Positions 10,223 through 20,246 of a stretch of DNA of 64,000 bases are shown piece by piece (the stretch's first letter is position 1; each line of letters starts with the position of its first letter). The DNA comes from Alphaproteobacteria bacterium (GTDB lineage Bacteria; Pseudomonadota; Alphaproteobacteria; MPNO01; UBA830), in NCBI GenBank assembly GCA_965243135.1, contig OZ251539.1:2656001-2720000 (forward strand), given 5' to 3'. The notes under the pieces are model-generated. The model was not told the DNA's origin. It made no database searches and saw only the letters and a list, made by a program, of their open reading frames with translations. Both the position numbers and the translations under genes were made by a program.

Positions 10223-11871
10223 CAGAAATTCCCGCTAAGGTGGCCGCCCTTTGCGAAAGGCGCGTCGAGATAGCGTCGTTACCGAGGGACCAGCCGCCGC
10301 GACGCACCTTCCCCGCTTCGGCTTGGTGCCGACTTAGCCTTGACCATCCTGTTTCCCCTGAAAAACTTGCTTTAGCACATTCGGTCACGGTGCCAGGTCA
10401 GGAGGTGTCGTAGGGAATTCCCTCTGCTTTCCGGTATCCAAACGCGATCATTCGGTAGAGTGTTTCCCAGTCCTTCAAGAAGTATTCGAGAAACAATCCC
10501 CGCGCCTTTTCCCAGAAGTAAATGGGCCGCTTGGCCTTCGTTTGCGCCTGTTGGAACAGTTTGCAACATCGCTGTTGAATCTGGTCAATCAGGAACGCCA
10601 GCATCATCAGGAACGCAAAGACCGTCGACAGATTCTTGTTACCGTGACCGAAGTTGTGCTCAAAGCAGTAGCCTTGGTTCTTCAGGGTGTTGAAAGTTTC
10701 GTTCTCGATCTTCCAGCGCGCCCGCCCGGTGCGCATCAACTCCATCAGGTTCCCTTCGTCAATTGGCAGATCCGTGACCCAGGAGAAACGTTGTTTCTTG
10801 CCGTTTGGGAGCTTCTCCCAGTATTCGAGAAAGTTCACTTTGAGGTCGAAGTGCGTATCGTTCAGAGGCACTCCGTTAAGATACCGGAATTCGTGCCGTA
10901 TGTTGTCACCGTCCGTGAACTCCCGGCGCTCCACGGACGGCGCGTTGTTGACCCACTCGAACAGGAACTTGTGGTCGCCGGGCTTCGCCCCCAGTATGAA
11001 ACGCATGTCTAACTCCTTGAGAAGATTGGCATGCGGTCCGTTCGAGGCCAGCCCATCTTCCAACACAACCAGCTTCAGGTGCGGGTGTTCGCGACGCACA
11101 TCTTTCAGAAGCCGTTTCGCTGCGTTGCGTTCGCAATCGTTCTTTTTTGCGCCGTCTTCCTTCAGGATCGGTTCCGGTGCAAACGGAAAAACCTCCTTTT
11201 GTTCCGGATGCACCAGAACGGCTCCCAACATCTGGTGGTAGTAGGTAATCGTACCGTCGCGGTGGTGTTTCTCGCAGCAATTTTTACAGTGCACCTTGTC
11301 CGACGAGAAGTATCCCGTTCCATCGATCGAAAGAGCGTAATGCCCGTTCAGACAAGTGTATTCTTCCAATCCCTTGCCTCGTTGCAAAACCTGGAACATC
11401 TTCGTGAAACAACGCCGCAATTGCCGCGGACAGACTTCGTCAAGCCGTTCGCGCATCGCAGTGTCCGACGGCACGCGCTTGACGCCGTATAAGGTCGCGA
11501 GGTTGTGCCGAACCACTTCGTCGGCGTGCGCGGCCTCGTCGAATTGCAGAAGCGACGCATACTTCATACCGAACACCGCTAGACCCGACATCAGACAGTC
11601 CGTCTGGTTCAGCCCCCTGCTCGCGATCGGATCTTCGATACGGTCGAAACAAGCTCGCACTTCCTTCAGCAATCCCGGAGCGCTGAGCGTCTTGCGCATG
11701 CCTGGCATTCTGGCCATTTTGGTTACAATCCCGCCTCGCCTTCGGACCACTTTCCAGAGAAAAATGCTCCGCTCGAAGGCAAATAGCCCCGAATCACCTC
11801 GAAAAGTCCACGAAAGACTTTTTTCCGGCCCCATATTTTTCAAGGGTTTCGAGCCTTAGCGGGAATTGCTG
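10223..11871 (-). mobile_element. Insertion sequence, 1649 bp (ISNCY-like DDE element)
   Basis: 18-bp TIRs CAG(A/C)AATTCCCGCTAAGG (17/18 match); 9-bp TSD CCTCGTGGT at 10214-10222 and 11872-11880; family assignment tentative. Confidence 0.93.
10398..11717 (-). CDS. DDE transposase (intact)
   Basis: SIDGTGYF, EDGL, GRARWKIENETFNTLKNQGY. Confidence 0.9.
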   Translation of the reverse strand: MARMPGMRKTLSAPGLLKEVRACFDRIEDPIASRGLNQTDCLMSGLAVFGMKYASLLQFDEAAHADEVVRHNLATLYGVKRVPSDTAMRERLDEVCPRQLRRCFTKMFQVLQRGKGLEEYTCLNGHYALSIDGTGYFSSDKVHCKNCCEKHHRDGTITYYHQMLGAVLVHPEQKEVFPFAPEPILKEDGAKKNDCERNAAKRLLKDVRREHPHLKLVVLEDGLASNGPHANLLKELDMRFILGAKPGDHKFLFEWVNNAPSVERREFTDGDNIRHEFRYLNGVPLNDTHFDLKVNFLEYWEKLPNGKKQRFSWVTDLPIDEGNLMELMRTGRARWKIENETFNTLKNQGYCFEHNFGHGNKNLSTVFAFLMMLAFLIDQIQQRCCKLFQQAQTKAKRPIYFWEKARGLFLEYFLKDWETLYRMIAFGYRKAEGIPYDTS

Positions 11872-12355
11872 CCTCGTGGTGGCCTTGTCTCAGCAACTGG
11901 TGCACCCGATTGACCGCGTCAAGTGCGCCTCTTTCCGGTCTGTAGGCATACTGCTCCGGTTGCAGGTCGGCTTCGAAGATCGGCGACAATATGAGCATCG
12001 CCGCCGTCTGTGCCACCCTGTCCCGTATGCAGGGGATGCCCAGGGGCCGAAATTTTCCGCGCTGTTTCTTTGGGACCTGCCGTACCGCGGTCGGTCGGTA
12101 GGTTCCTTCTTTCAGGTCCCGCGCCAGTTCCTCAAGCCATTGGTCCCTTCCTTGCGCTTCCGCTATCGTCGTTCCGTCCGTCCCGGCAGTCCCTCCGTTT
12201 CGACGGACGTCTTGCCAGGCTGTGAACAGCACTTCGTAGCTCCATACCTTGTCGCATAGCGAGTAGAACCGGTAGCTTGGGGATTCCTTCGCTTGTAACG
12301 TTATCTGGAGTCTCCGAACTTTCTCCGAGGCTGCTAGGCTTTTGCCAGTCCTCAT
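11872..12355 (-). pseudogene. Group II intron RT/maturase, 5' part
   Basis: RFYSLCDKV, GTAGTDG, FRPLGIPCIRDRVAQ, IFEADL..QYAYRP; cut by the IS within HHE-VVDAD. Confidence 0.9.
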
Positions 12356-12831
12356 GTCCTTTCTTCCTTCCAACGCTTCTCTCGACCCAAGGCCCCTTTC
12401 CTCCACCGGCATTACCCGGCTTCTCCGGTACTACGGGCCTCTCCGCCACCCGCCGGCCTGCCCCTCGCGGGGTTCCGGTTGACTCGTGCGCGTCACCGAC
12501 AGGGCTTCCCGTGTTGCTGCTTCCTTCATCTTTCATGCGTGCCGACACCCCGGCGGAAACGGTCGGTGCTTTTGTCGTTCTCTTCCCGACCGTCGGCGGC
12601 TTTCCCCTAACCTCAGGAGGGTCAGCTCCCGCATTGACCGTTTCGAGGCCTGCTCAATGTTCACTGCTCGTTTCGGCCCGCATGTTCGCTGAGCGGCCTT
12701 CGCCGCCCTTTCCCAGAGTGCTTCAGCCTACATCGTTACCTCCGTAAACCGCCCTGGCTGCTACCAACCGGAACGACAGTTGTTGGGTGGGATTCGCACC
12801 CACCAGAAGAAAGCGCCTTTCCACGGCACAC

Positions 12832-13812
12832 TGAGGTAGCCGGTCTGGAACAGAAGCGCCTCGATCGAAACATTGTCCACGTCGACGGACGAAAGCAGGC
12901 TCTCGCTGCCGGTCATGCCGTCCAGATCAGGGGTAGGCAGGTCGCGGCGCGTCAGCGTCTCGACCAGGAAGGTCGGCGTGCCGCTCTGAAACCAGTACGG
13001 GCGGAACTCGCGCCGCCGAAACAGCAGCAGCAGGCCGAACGGATTGTAGACCCTCTCCGGTCCGCGCCAGTTGTAGCCGTTGTACCAGCGGCGGATTTCG
13101 TCCCGGTCCAGGCCCTCGAGTTCCGGGGCGAAGACCGCATCCAGTTCCGCGTCCGTGTAGCCGCAGATGTCCGAGAACTCCGGCTCCAGCGTGACGTCGA
13201 TCAGGTTGTTCAGGCCCGAGAACAGGCCCGCCAACTTGCTCACCCCCGTCAGGAAAACGAAACGGAGATGCCTGTCGCAGGCCACCCCGTACAGGCTGCG
13301 CAGGAAGTCGCGGTTGGCCAGCGCCAGTTCCCGGTCGCCGAGCGCGTCCAGAATCGGCTTGTCGTACTCGTCCACCAGCACGACCGCCCGCCGCCCGGTG
13401 CGCTCGTGCAGGGCCTCGATCAATTCGTGGAAACGGACCGCCGTCCCGGCGGGGCCCGGTTCGAGGCCGGCGCGCCTCTCCGTCGCCGCCAGTTGCCTTT
13501 CCACGGTTCCCCGGACCCCGTCCGGGGTGTCGAAACGACCCACGCCGCTGAAATCCAGCCGCACCGGCGCGCCGACCAGTCCCACTTGCCGTGCACGGCG
13601 AGGCCCCGGAACGGCTCCTCGCTTCCCTCGAACAATTCTTGCAGCGTGTCCACCAGCAAGCTCTTGCCGAACCGGCGCGGACGCGACAGGAAATAGTAAT
13701 CGCCCCCTTCGACGAGGCGGCGCACATGGTCCGTCTTGTCGACGTAGTAGCAGTCCCTCGTCCGGATTTTCCGGAGGGAAGTCAAGCCGGTCGGAAGCAT
13801 GCGTCTCGTCAT
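12832..13812 (-). pseudogene. 5' exon of AAA-ATPase/PD-(D/E)XK gene (copy 1), frameshifted
   Basis: YYVDKT, SRPRRFGKS (Walker A), LVDEYDKP (Walker B); 7-nt deletion near 13565. Confidence 0.9.
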
Positions 13813-13828
13813 CCACGCAGAATAGTCC

Positions 13829-13862
13829 GCCGTGGCGGAGTCGTCGCCGTGGCGGAGTCGTC
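13829..13862. repeat. Perfect 17-bp tandem duplication in the promoter spacer of copy 1
   Basis: GCCGTGGCGGAGTCGTC twice, between TTGACG (13864-13859) and TATTCT (13824-13819). Confidence 0.85.
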
Positions 13863-13959
13863 AAAGAAGAGGCAACCGTTCCAGGGCGAGAACGGGCGGT
13901 CGTTGCCAAGCCGCTGCCAGCGACGAGAGCAGCGGCAGCGGCGCGCGAGGCGGCGGCGT

Positions 13960-14290
13960 TACGGACGGCGGAAGGCGGCAGCGATGCGGGAGTTACCGGT
14001 CAGAAGACCTCCGTGGTCAGCTCTCGAACGGCTTGGCGTCGGCGAGCCTGCGGCAGGAGATCGTCCGCGCAACCGAACGAGCGCGGCGTTGCGGGCGAGG
14101 GTACGGGCACCGCTGCCGACATGATTGCGGCGACGATCCTCGTCATAAATCATGTCGCGAACACGCCCGTTTTCCCGGTGACGGCGAGCGGAAATCTCGG
14201 CCGGTCGTCCGCGGCGGAACGGAGTCGCTCCGCAAGCGATCTCCAGAGTCGTCCCGACGACCTTTCCCAATTTTCCGACGTATGCGTGCG
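13960..14290 (-). pseudogene. ISAs1-family transposase 3' relic
   Basis: TTLEIACGAT...ARRHRENGRVRDMIYDEDRRR...ARTLARNAAL resembles ISAs1 RxHWxIENxLHxVRDxxxxEDxxR; homologous to 28800-29130; bounds approximate. Confidence 0.6.
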
Positions 14291-14352
14291 GAAGGACGCC
14301 CCGACGGACGCGCCGCGGCCGGCAGGCCCCGGCAGGTTCGAAACCCGGCAGG

Positions 14353-15597
14353 CTACCTGTATCTCTCGAGAAACGTGTTCAGATCCGAAAACGACACCGA
14401 TTCCTCCGCGCCGGAATCCAGATCTCGCACGGTCGCCGCCTGCCGCTCCATCTCGTCCTCGCCGATGATTACCGCCGCTCGGGCCCCGACCCTGTTCGCC
14501 CGCTTCATGCGTTGCTTCATCCTGCCTCGATAACCCAGATCGACGCGGTATCCCGCGCGGCGGAGATCCTCCGCCACCCGCAACCCCGCCCGCTCGGCCC
14601 GTTCGCCTGCGGGCACGACCGCCAAAGGCCGGGATTTCGGCGGCGACTCGCCGATCAGCATCGACAACCGTTCGATGCCGGACGCCCAGCCCACTCCCGG
14701 AGTCCGCGGTCCGCCCATGGTCTCGACGAGTCCGTCGTAGCGCCCGCCCGCAAGTACGGCACCTTGCGCTCCGAGCGCGTCCGTCGTGAACTCGAAAGCG
14801 ACGTGACAGTAATAGTCGAGGCCGCGCACCAGCCGCGGATTGCGGCGATACCCTACGCCAAGGCCGTCCAGTCCTTCGAGGACGGCGTCAAAGAAATCCC
14901 GGGATTCCGTATCCAGAAAGTCGTCAAGCGCCGGAGCGCCGGCGACCACAGCGCGGTCGCCTTCGTCCTTGGAGTCCAGAATGCGCAACGGATTGCGATC
15001 GAGACGCGTCCGGCTGTCCTCGGACAACTCCTGCCGCCGATCCCCGAAATACTCCTCCAGACGCCGCCGATAGGCTGCGCGGCTCGCCGCATTGCCAAGT
15101 GTGTTCAGTTCGAGGGTGGCGCGTCCGGCCACCCCGAGAGCGTCCAGAACCGCCGCGCCGAGCGCGATCACCTCGACGTCGCCGACCGGCTCCTCGACCC
15201 CTAGCAGCTCGACGCCGATTTGGTGAAACTGCCGCAGCCGGCCTTTCTGCGGACGCTCGTGGCGGAACATCGGACCCGCGTAAAAGCATTTGAACGGAAG
15301 CTGTCCGCTCAGTCCGCCGGATATCAGCGCCCGGGCCACGCCCGCCGTGCCCTCGGGCCGCAAGGTAAGGGAATCGCCGCTCCTGTCCTTGAAGGTGTAC
15401 ATCTCCTTCGTGACGATGTCCGAAGCGTCTCCGAGCGTCCGCGAGAACACTTCCGTGAACTCGAAAATCGGAGTCGCCATCTCATCGTAGCCGTAGCGTT
15501 CGGCGACGTTCCGTCCCGTCTCGATCACGCGACGGACGCACCGCGCCTCTTCCGGCATGACGTCCCGGGTGCCGCGCACGGGTTGAAGCGAAGACAT
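14353..15597 (-). CDS. hisS: Histidyl-tRNA synthetase
   Basis: LRPEGTA, FRHERPQKGRLRQFHQ, LVRGLDYY, GGRYDGL. Confidence 0.97.
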   Translation of the reverse strand: MSSLQPVRGTRDVMPEEARCVRRVIETGRNVAERYGYDEMATPIFEFTEVFSRTLGDASDIVTKEMYTFKDRSGDSLTLRPEGTAGVARALISGGLSGQLPFKCFYAGPMFRHERPQKGRLRQFHQIGVELLGVEEPVGDVEVIALGAAVLDALGVAGRATLELNTLGNAASRAAYRRRLEEYFGDRRQELSEDSRTRLDRNPLRILDSKDEGDRAVVAGAPALDDFLDTESRDFFDAVLEGLDGLGVGYRRNPRLVRGLDYYCHVAFEFTTDALGAQGAVLAGGRYDGLVETMGGPRTPGVGWASGIERLSMLIGESPPKSRPLAVVPAGERAERAGLRVAEDLRRAGYRVDLGYRGRMKQRMKRANRVGARAAVIIGEDEMERQAATVRDLDSGAEESVSFSDLNTFLERYR

Positions 15598-15664
15598 GAG
15601 CGGGTTCTACGGCATTATCCGGATATGCGAAACCGCCGCCTTCCGGGGTCCGCGGCCGGCCGCA

Positions 15665-16759
15665 TCATCGCTCGAGCAAGCTGCGGTCAAGCGAAATCCC
15701 GCGCAGAACTTCGCCGGCGGAACCAAGCAACGGCGCCTCCTTTCCATCCACGATGAGGCGCAATCCGCCGGCGTTTCCGGTGTCGAGCAGGAGATTCGCG
15801 CCCGGCGGCGCTTCGTAAACGTCTCCAGCCTGCATCATGCCGGAGTAGAACTCGTCGCCGTTCCCGTCCCGCACCAGAACGTAGCTGTTCGCGACCGCGC
15901 GGACTTCGATGCGGGCGGGCTCCCCGCCCTCCGCAGGGGCGGCGGCGGCCTCGGCGTCCGGCGCAGGCGCCGCCGGGGGCGGAGCGCGCGTTTCGGCGGC
16001 GGCGACTTCCGGCGGAGCGGCGACCGGCCCTTCCCCTGCCCCGTCGTCCGCATCGGCGCCGTCCATCCGCGCCGCAAGGGGCTCGGGCGTCGCCGCAGGC
16101 TGCGGCGAGACCGCGTCCGCCGGAGGCGGCGGGCCTCCGGGCCGGGCCGGGCCGGTTTCCACCGCGGCGGGCGGCGGCGGAGAAACCTGCGAGGCCGGGG
16201 CAGTCTCCCGTTCTTCGCCGACCTCCGCGACGGAAGGAGCCGAGCCCCCCGGAGAAACGTCCGGCGCAGAAACGGCGCCTGGCGAGGGATCGGACAAGCG
16301 CGCGTCTTCGGGCCCGCTTCCGAAAACGCCGGAAGTCTGCAAGGGACTTTTTTCGTTCGAGTAAAGGTAATGCCAGCCCCCATAAGCCGCCAGCGCGATG
16401 ACGGTCGCCAGAAGGAAAATCGGGCCCGTCGGCAAGCGCCCCTCTTCGACCGGGGACAGGAGATCGAGCCTCTGCTGTTTTCCGATGTTCACGCCCGACG
16501 TCTTGAGCTTCCGAAGGATTTCGTCGCTGTCGAGGCCCAGCAGGCCAGCGTAGGCTCGCAAAAACCCGCTCACGTAGGCGGCGCCCGGCAACTCCGAAAA
16601 CTTCCCCGCCTCGATCGCTTCGAGATGCACCGTCCGGATATGCAGTTGCGCCGCCACGTCGTCGAGCTGGTAGCCCAACGCTTCCCGCGCGTCCCGGATC
16701 GTCGCTCCGATCTCGACGGCTTCCGATTGAGCGTCCGCGTTAACGATGGTCGTGTTCAT
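15665..16759 (-). CDS. rodZ: RodZ-like protein (HTH, TM, DUF4115)
   Basis: N-terminal HTH (GFLRAYAGLLGLD), one TM, Pro/Ala-rich linker, LDTGNAGGL. Confidence 0.8.
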   Translation of the reverse strand: MNTTIVNADAQSEAVEIGATIRDAREALGYQLDDVAAQLHIRTVHLEAIEAGKFSELPGAAYVSGFLRAYAGLLGLDSDEILRKLKTSGVNIGKQQRLDLLSPVEEGRLPTGPIFLLATVIALAAYGGWHYLYSNEKSPLQTSGVFGSGPEDARLSDPSPGAVSAPDVSPGGSAPSVAEVGEERETAPASQVSPPPPAAVETGPARPGGPPPPADAVSPQPAATPEPLAARMDGADADDGAGEGPVAAPPEVAAAETRAPPPAAPAPDAEAAAAPAEGGEPARIEVRAVANSYVLVRDGNGDEFYSGMMQAGDVYEAPPGANLLLDTGNAGGLRLIVDGKEAPLLGSAGEVLRGISLDRSLLER

Positions 16760-17008
16760 TGCTCCGTGCCCCTGAGCAGCTCGCGCACGCCGCCATCCCG
16801 GCCGCCGCGGCACGGATTCTGGCACCGTTGCGCGTTCGTTCCAAGAAAAAAGCGAACGCGGCGTCCCGCCATCCGCGGGAACCGCCCGGATCGACCGAGG
16901 GCCATGCGCCGATTCGCGCAGGAAGTCCCGGTCCGCGAGTTCCGGGTCGATCCTCCGGCGGGCGGGCGCCGCCGTCGCCAGAGCGGCTTTCTGTCGGCGA
17001 CAGGCGGC

Positions 17009-18034
17009 TCAACCGACAGCCCGGCTCGCGCCGGTCAAGGCGTCCAGGGACTGATCGACGAGTTCGGCCAAGATCTCGGCGACGGGCTGAACGTTCCTCA
17101 CCATGCCGACGCTCTGCCCGGCCATCATCGAACCGTTTTCGACGTCGCCCTCGACAGCCGCCCGCCGCAACGCGCCCGCCCAGAAATGCTCGATTCTCAG
17201 CTGCGCTTCCTCCTTGGCGAGTTCGCCGCGCCGGCTGGCGTCGATCACCTCGCGCTGCACGCGCTCGAACTCCCGCGTCGCGTCGTTCCGAAGCGCGCGC
17301 ACCGGGATGACCGGAAATTCCGGATCCAGCTGCATCGACGGAACCGCGTCGCGCGCGGAAGCGCGGATGAACGCCTGCTTGAATCTGTCGTGAGCGACGG
17401 ATTCGCTGGCGCACGCGAAACGGGTGCCGATCTGGCATCCGGCGGCGCCCATGTTGAGATAGGAAACGATCGCCTCGCCCCGTCCGATGCCGCCGGCCAC
17501 GAAAACGGGAACGTCCCGCAGATGCGGCAAAATCTCCTGCGCCAGTACGCCGGTCGACACCGGTCCGATATGTCCGCCCGCTTCCGCGCCCTCGACGACG
17601 ATAGCGTCCGCGCCCTGGCGCACCAGCCGCCTCGCGACGGCGAGCGTGGCGGCGAAGCACACGACCCTGGCTCCGCCGTCCTTCGCGCGCCTGATCGCCG
17701 ACGCGCCCGGCAGCCCGCCGGCGAGAATGACGAAATCGACGGCCTGCTCCAGGCAGACGTCGATCAGGGCGTCCAGTTCCGGATGCATCGTGATAAGGTT
17801 CACTCCGAAGGGCTTGTCCGTGCGGGCGGCGGTTTCGGCGATCTCGTCCGCCAACAGGCCGGGAGTCATGGCGCCGCAGGCGATCACTCCGAAGCCGCCC
17901 GCGTTCGAAAGAGCCGAAACGAGGTTGCGTTCGGACAACCAGGTCATCGCCCCCCCGAGGATCGCGTATCGAACGCCGAGGAAATCGCGCCCGGCCCTCC
18001 AGAGGGCGTCGAGTCGCACGCGGGCTTCGTCCAT
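17009..18034 (-). CDS. Nitronate monooxygenase/FabK-like flavin oxidoreductase
   Basis: ILGGAMTW, EGAEAGGHIG, AGGIG, QIGTRF, MAGQSVG. Confidence 0.88.
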   Translation of the reverse strand: MDEARVRLDALWRAGRDFLGVRYAILGGAMTWLSERNLVSALSNAGGFGVIACGAMTPGLLADEIAETAARTDKPFGVNLITMHPELDALIDVCLEQAVDFVILAGGLPGASAIRRAKDGGARVVCFAATLAVARRLVRQGADAIVVEGAEAGGHIGPVSTGVLAQEILPHLRDVPVFVAGGIGRGEAIVSYLNMGAAGCQIGTRFACASESVAHDRFKQAFIRASARDAVPSMQLDPEFPVIPVRALRNDATREFERVQREVIDASRRGELAKEEAQLRIEHFWAGALRRAAVEGDVENGSMMAGQSVGMVRNVQPVAEILAELVDQSLDALTGASRAVG

Positions 18035-18057
18035 GCCGTTCGCCTCCCCTGCGGCCT

Positions 18058-19278
18058 TCAGGCGGCGTCGAGCCCGTAGGCGGCATGCAGCGAACGCAGC
18101 GCGAGTTCGGTATAGGCGTCCGACACCAGAACGCTGATCTTGATCTCCGAGGTGGAGATAACCTGGATGTTGATTCCTTTTTCCGCGAGCGCGGAAAACA
18201 TGCGCATGGCGACGCCGGCGTGACTGCGCATTCCGACGCCGACGACGGAAATCTTCACTACCTCGGGATCCCCGATGACCCGCTCGAACCCGAGCTCCCC
18301 GCGTTTCGCCTCCACGAGCTCCAGCGCGGGGGCGAGGTCGTCCCTGGGCACGGTGAAAGTGAGGTCCGTCGCTTGGCCGTCTCCGGAAACGTTCTGAACG
18401 ATCATGTCGACGTTGATCCCGGCGTCCGCCAGAGGCCCGAAGATGCTGGCCGCGATCCCCGGCCGGTCGGGAACGCGGATCAGGGTGACCTTCGCTTCGT
18501 CCAGGCTGTGCGCTATTCCGCTGACGACTTCGTGTTCCACGATTTCTTCCTCGTTGACGACGAGCGTGCCGGAGGCGTCCGCGAAGCTCGACAGCACCTG
18601 CAGCCTCACTCCGTGATTCATTGCGAGTTCGACGGACCGGGCGTGAAGAACCCGGGCGCCGAGGGACGCCAGTTCCAGCATTTCCTCGTAGGTTATCCTG
18701 TCCAGCTTTCGGGCCCTGGCGACGATGCGCGGATCGCAGGTGTAGATTCCGTCGACGTCGGTATAGATGTCGCAACGGTCGGCGCCGATCGCAGCGGCGA
18801 GAGCGACCGCCGAAGTGTCGGAACCGCCGCGCCCCAACGTGGCGACGCGGTTGTCCGGCGCCAGTCCCTGGAACCCGGCCACCACGGCGACCTGTCCCGC
18901 TTCGAGTCGGAGAACGATCTCTTCTCCCCGGACTTCGTCGATGCGCGCGCGGCCGTGCAAGCCGTCGGTCCGGATCGGCAGTTGCCAACCCAACCAGGAT
19001 CGGGCGTCGACGCCCTCGGCCTGCAGCGCCAGGGCCGTCAGGCCGGCGGTGACCTGCTCGCCGGAGGAAACCACGACATCGCATTCGCGCGCATCGCGAG
19101 GCGGCGATATCGAGCGCGTCCACTCCACCAGCTGGTCCGTGGCGCCGGCCATCGCCGAAACCACGACCGCAACCTGGTCGCCCGCCTCGACAGCGCGCTT
19201 GACCTCCGCGGCAACCGCCCGGATTCGGACGAGGTCCGCGACGGAGGTTCCGCCGAATTTCTTGACGATCCGGGTCAT
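18058..19278 (-). CDS. lysC: Aspartate kinase
   Basis: KFGGTSV, LGRGGSDTSA, two ACT domains. Confidence 0.96.
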   Translation of the reverse strand: MTRIVKKFGGTSVADLVRIRAVAAEVKRAVEAGDQVAVVVSAMAGATDQLVEWTRSISPPRDARECDVVVSSGEQVTAGLTALALQAEGVDARSWLGWQLPIRTDGLHGRARIDEVRGEEIVLRLEAGQVAVVAGFQGLAPDNRVATLGRGGSDTSAVALAAAIGADRCDIYTDVDGIYTCDPRIVARARKLDRITYEEMLELASLGARVLHARSVELAMNHGVRLQVLSSFADASGTLVVNEEEIVEHEVVSGIAHSLDEAKVTLIRVPDRPGIAASIFGPLADAGINVDMIVQNVSGDGQATDLTFTVPRDDLAPALELVEAKRGELGFERVIGDPEVVKISVVGVGMRSHAGVAMRMFSALAEKGINIQVISTSEIKISVLVSDAYTELALRSLHAAYGLDAA

Positions 19279-19405
19279 CGCGCTTCTCCGTAACGGCGCG
19301 CCGACAAGCGGCACCTGCCGCCCGGCCCAACGGGTTCGCCAACTTGCCCTGCGCGGCGCGCGGGCATAGATACGCGCAGGCAACGATTCAGGCAAGCAAA
19401 CCCGA

Positions 19406-20182
19406 ATGTCGAAAGCGGCGCGAGGCGGCGGCGAAAGCAAGATGACGGATCCAGCCGAAATCGCGCGGTTTTCGGCTCTCGCGGATCAATGGTGGGATCC
19501 GTCGGGAAGTTTCCGGCCGCTGCACAAGCTCAATCCCCTCCGCCTCGGCTACATTCGCGACCGGCTTTGCGAGCGTTTCGGACGCGACCCTCGTTCGCTC
19601 GCGCCGCTAACCGGTTTGAGGGTGCTCGACGCGGGTTGCGGCGGCGGCCTGATCTCGGAGCCCATCGCCCGCATGGGCGCCGACGTCACGGGCATCGACG
19701 CGTCCGAGGCCAATATCGGCACGGCGCGGCTTCATGCGGCCCGCAACGGAATCGAGATCGATTACCGGCGCGCATCGCCCGAGACTCTCGGCGCCTCGGG
19801 CGAGCGTTTCGACGCCGTTCTGGCGCTCGAGGTCGTCGAACACGTCGCGGACAGGGACATGTTCATCGACGCTTGCGCTTCCCTTGCGAGCGGCGAAGGC
19901 GCGATCATCCTGTCGACGCTGAACCGGACGCCCAAGGCGTTCCTCTTCGGGATCGTCGGCGCCGAATACGCGCTGCGGTGGCTGCCGCGCGGCACGCATG
20001 ACTGGCGCAGATTCTCCCGTCCCTCCGAACTGGGCCGGGCCCTGCGGCGGAACGGAATGGCCGTAGCGGACGTGTCCGGCATGAGTTTCGATTTGCTGCG
20101 GAACGAATGGCGGCTGACGGGGGACGTTTCGGTCAACTACATCCTGTTCGCGCGCAGGGGCGGATCGCCGCTGCCGCCGTAG
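19406..20182 (+). CDS. ubiG: Ubiquinone biosynthesis O-methyltransferase
   Basis: WWDPSGSFRPLHKLNP, LDAGCGGG, LEVVEHV; divergent from lysC. Confidence 0.95.
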   Translation: MSKAARGGGESKMTDPAEIARFSALADQWWDPSGSFRPLHKLNPLRLGYIRDRLCERFGRDPRSLAPLTGLRVLDAGCGGGLISEPIARMGADVTGIDASEANIGTARLHAARNGIEIDYRRASPETLGASGERFDAVLALEVVEHVADRDMFIDACASLASGEGAIILSTLNRTPKAFLFGIVGAEYALRWLPRGTHDWRRFSRPSELGRALRRNGMAVADVSGMSFDLLRNEWRLTGDVSVNYILFARRGGSPLPP

Positions 20183-20246
20183 GTCTCCGTCCGTGCGAGA
20201 GACCGTCGGCAGGTTCGGGCCGGCAGACGCCTCGCCGAGGGCGGAC

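Larger units (their letters stand above)
9261..12831 (-). mobile_element. Group II intron (IIB-like), decayed
   Basis: 5' end GTGTG, 3' end ...CTCGACTCTAC; removing it restores GGCTACCTCA|CCATCGTC exactly as in the intact paralog; domain V 3' half GCGGGAAATCCGCACGTCCGGTTTGACGAG at ~9365-9394; RT ORF inside. Confidence 0.93.

Noticed and set aside
9261-12831. RT beside repeated genes as a diversity-generating retroelement or retron
   Set aside because: The GUGYG/AY ends, domain V, EBS-IBS match and RT motifs are those of a group II intron; differences between paralogs are not adenine-specific; no TR/VR pair or avd gene seen.
17009-19342. Apparent long N-terminal extensions or fusions (NMO, thrS 46093-49170, dapF 51281-54265, ftsY 54297-56450, GS 35707-38241, MFS 34424-36724)
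   Set aside because: The extensions are low-complexity R/G/P-rich read-through overlapping other genes; family motifs begin at the trimmed starts.
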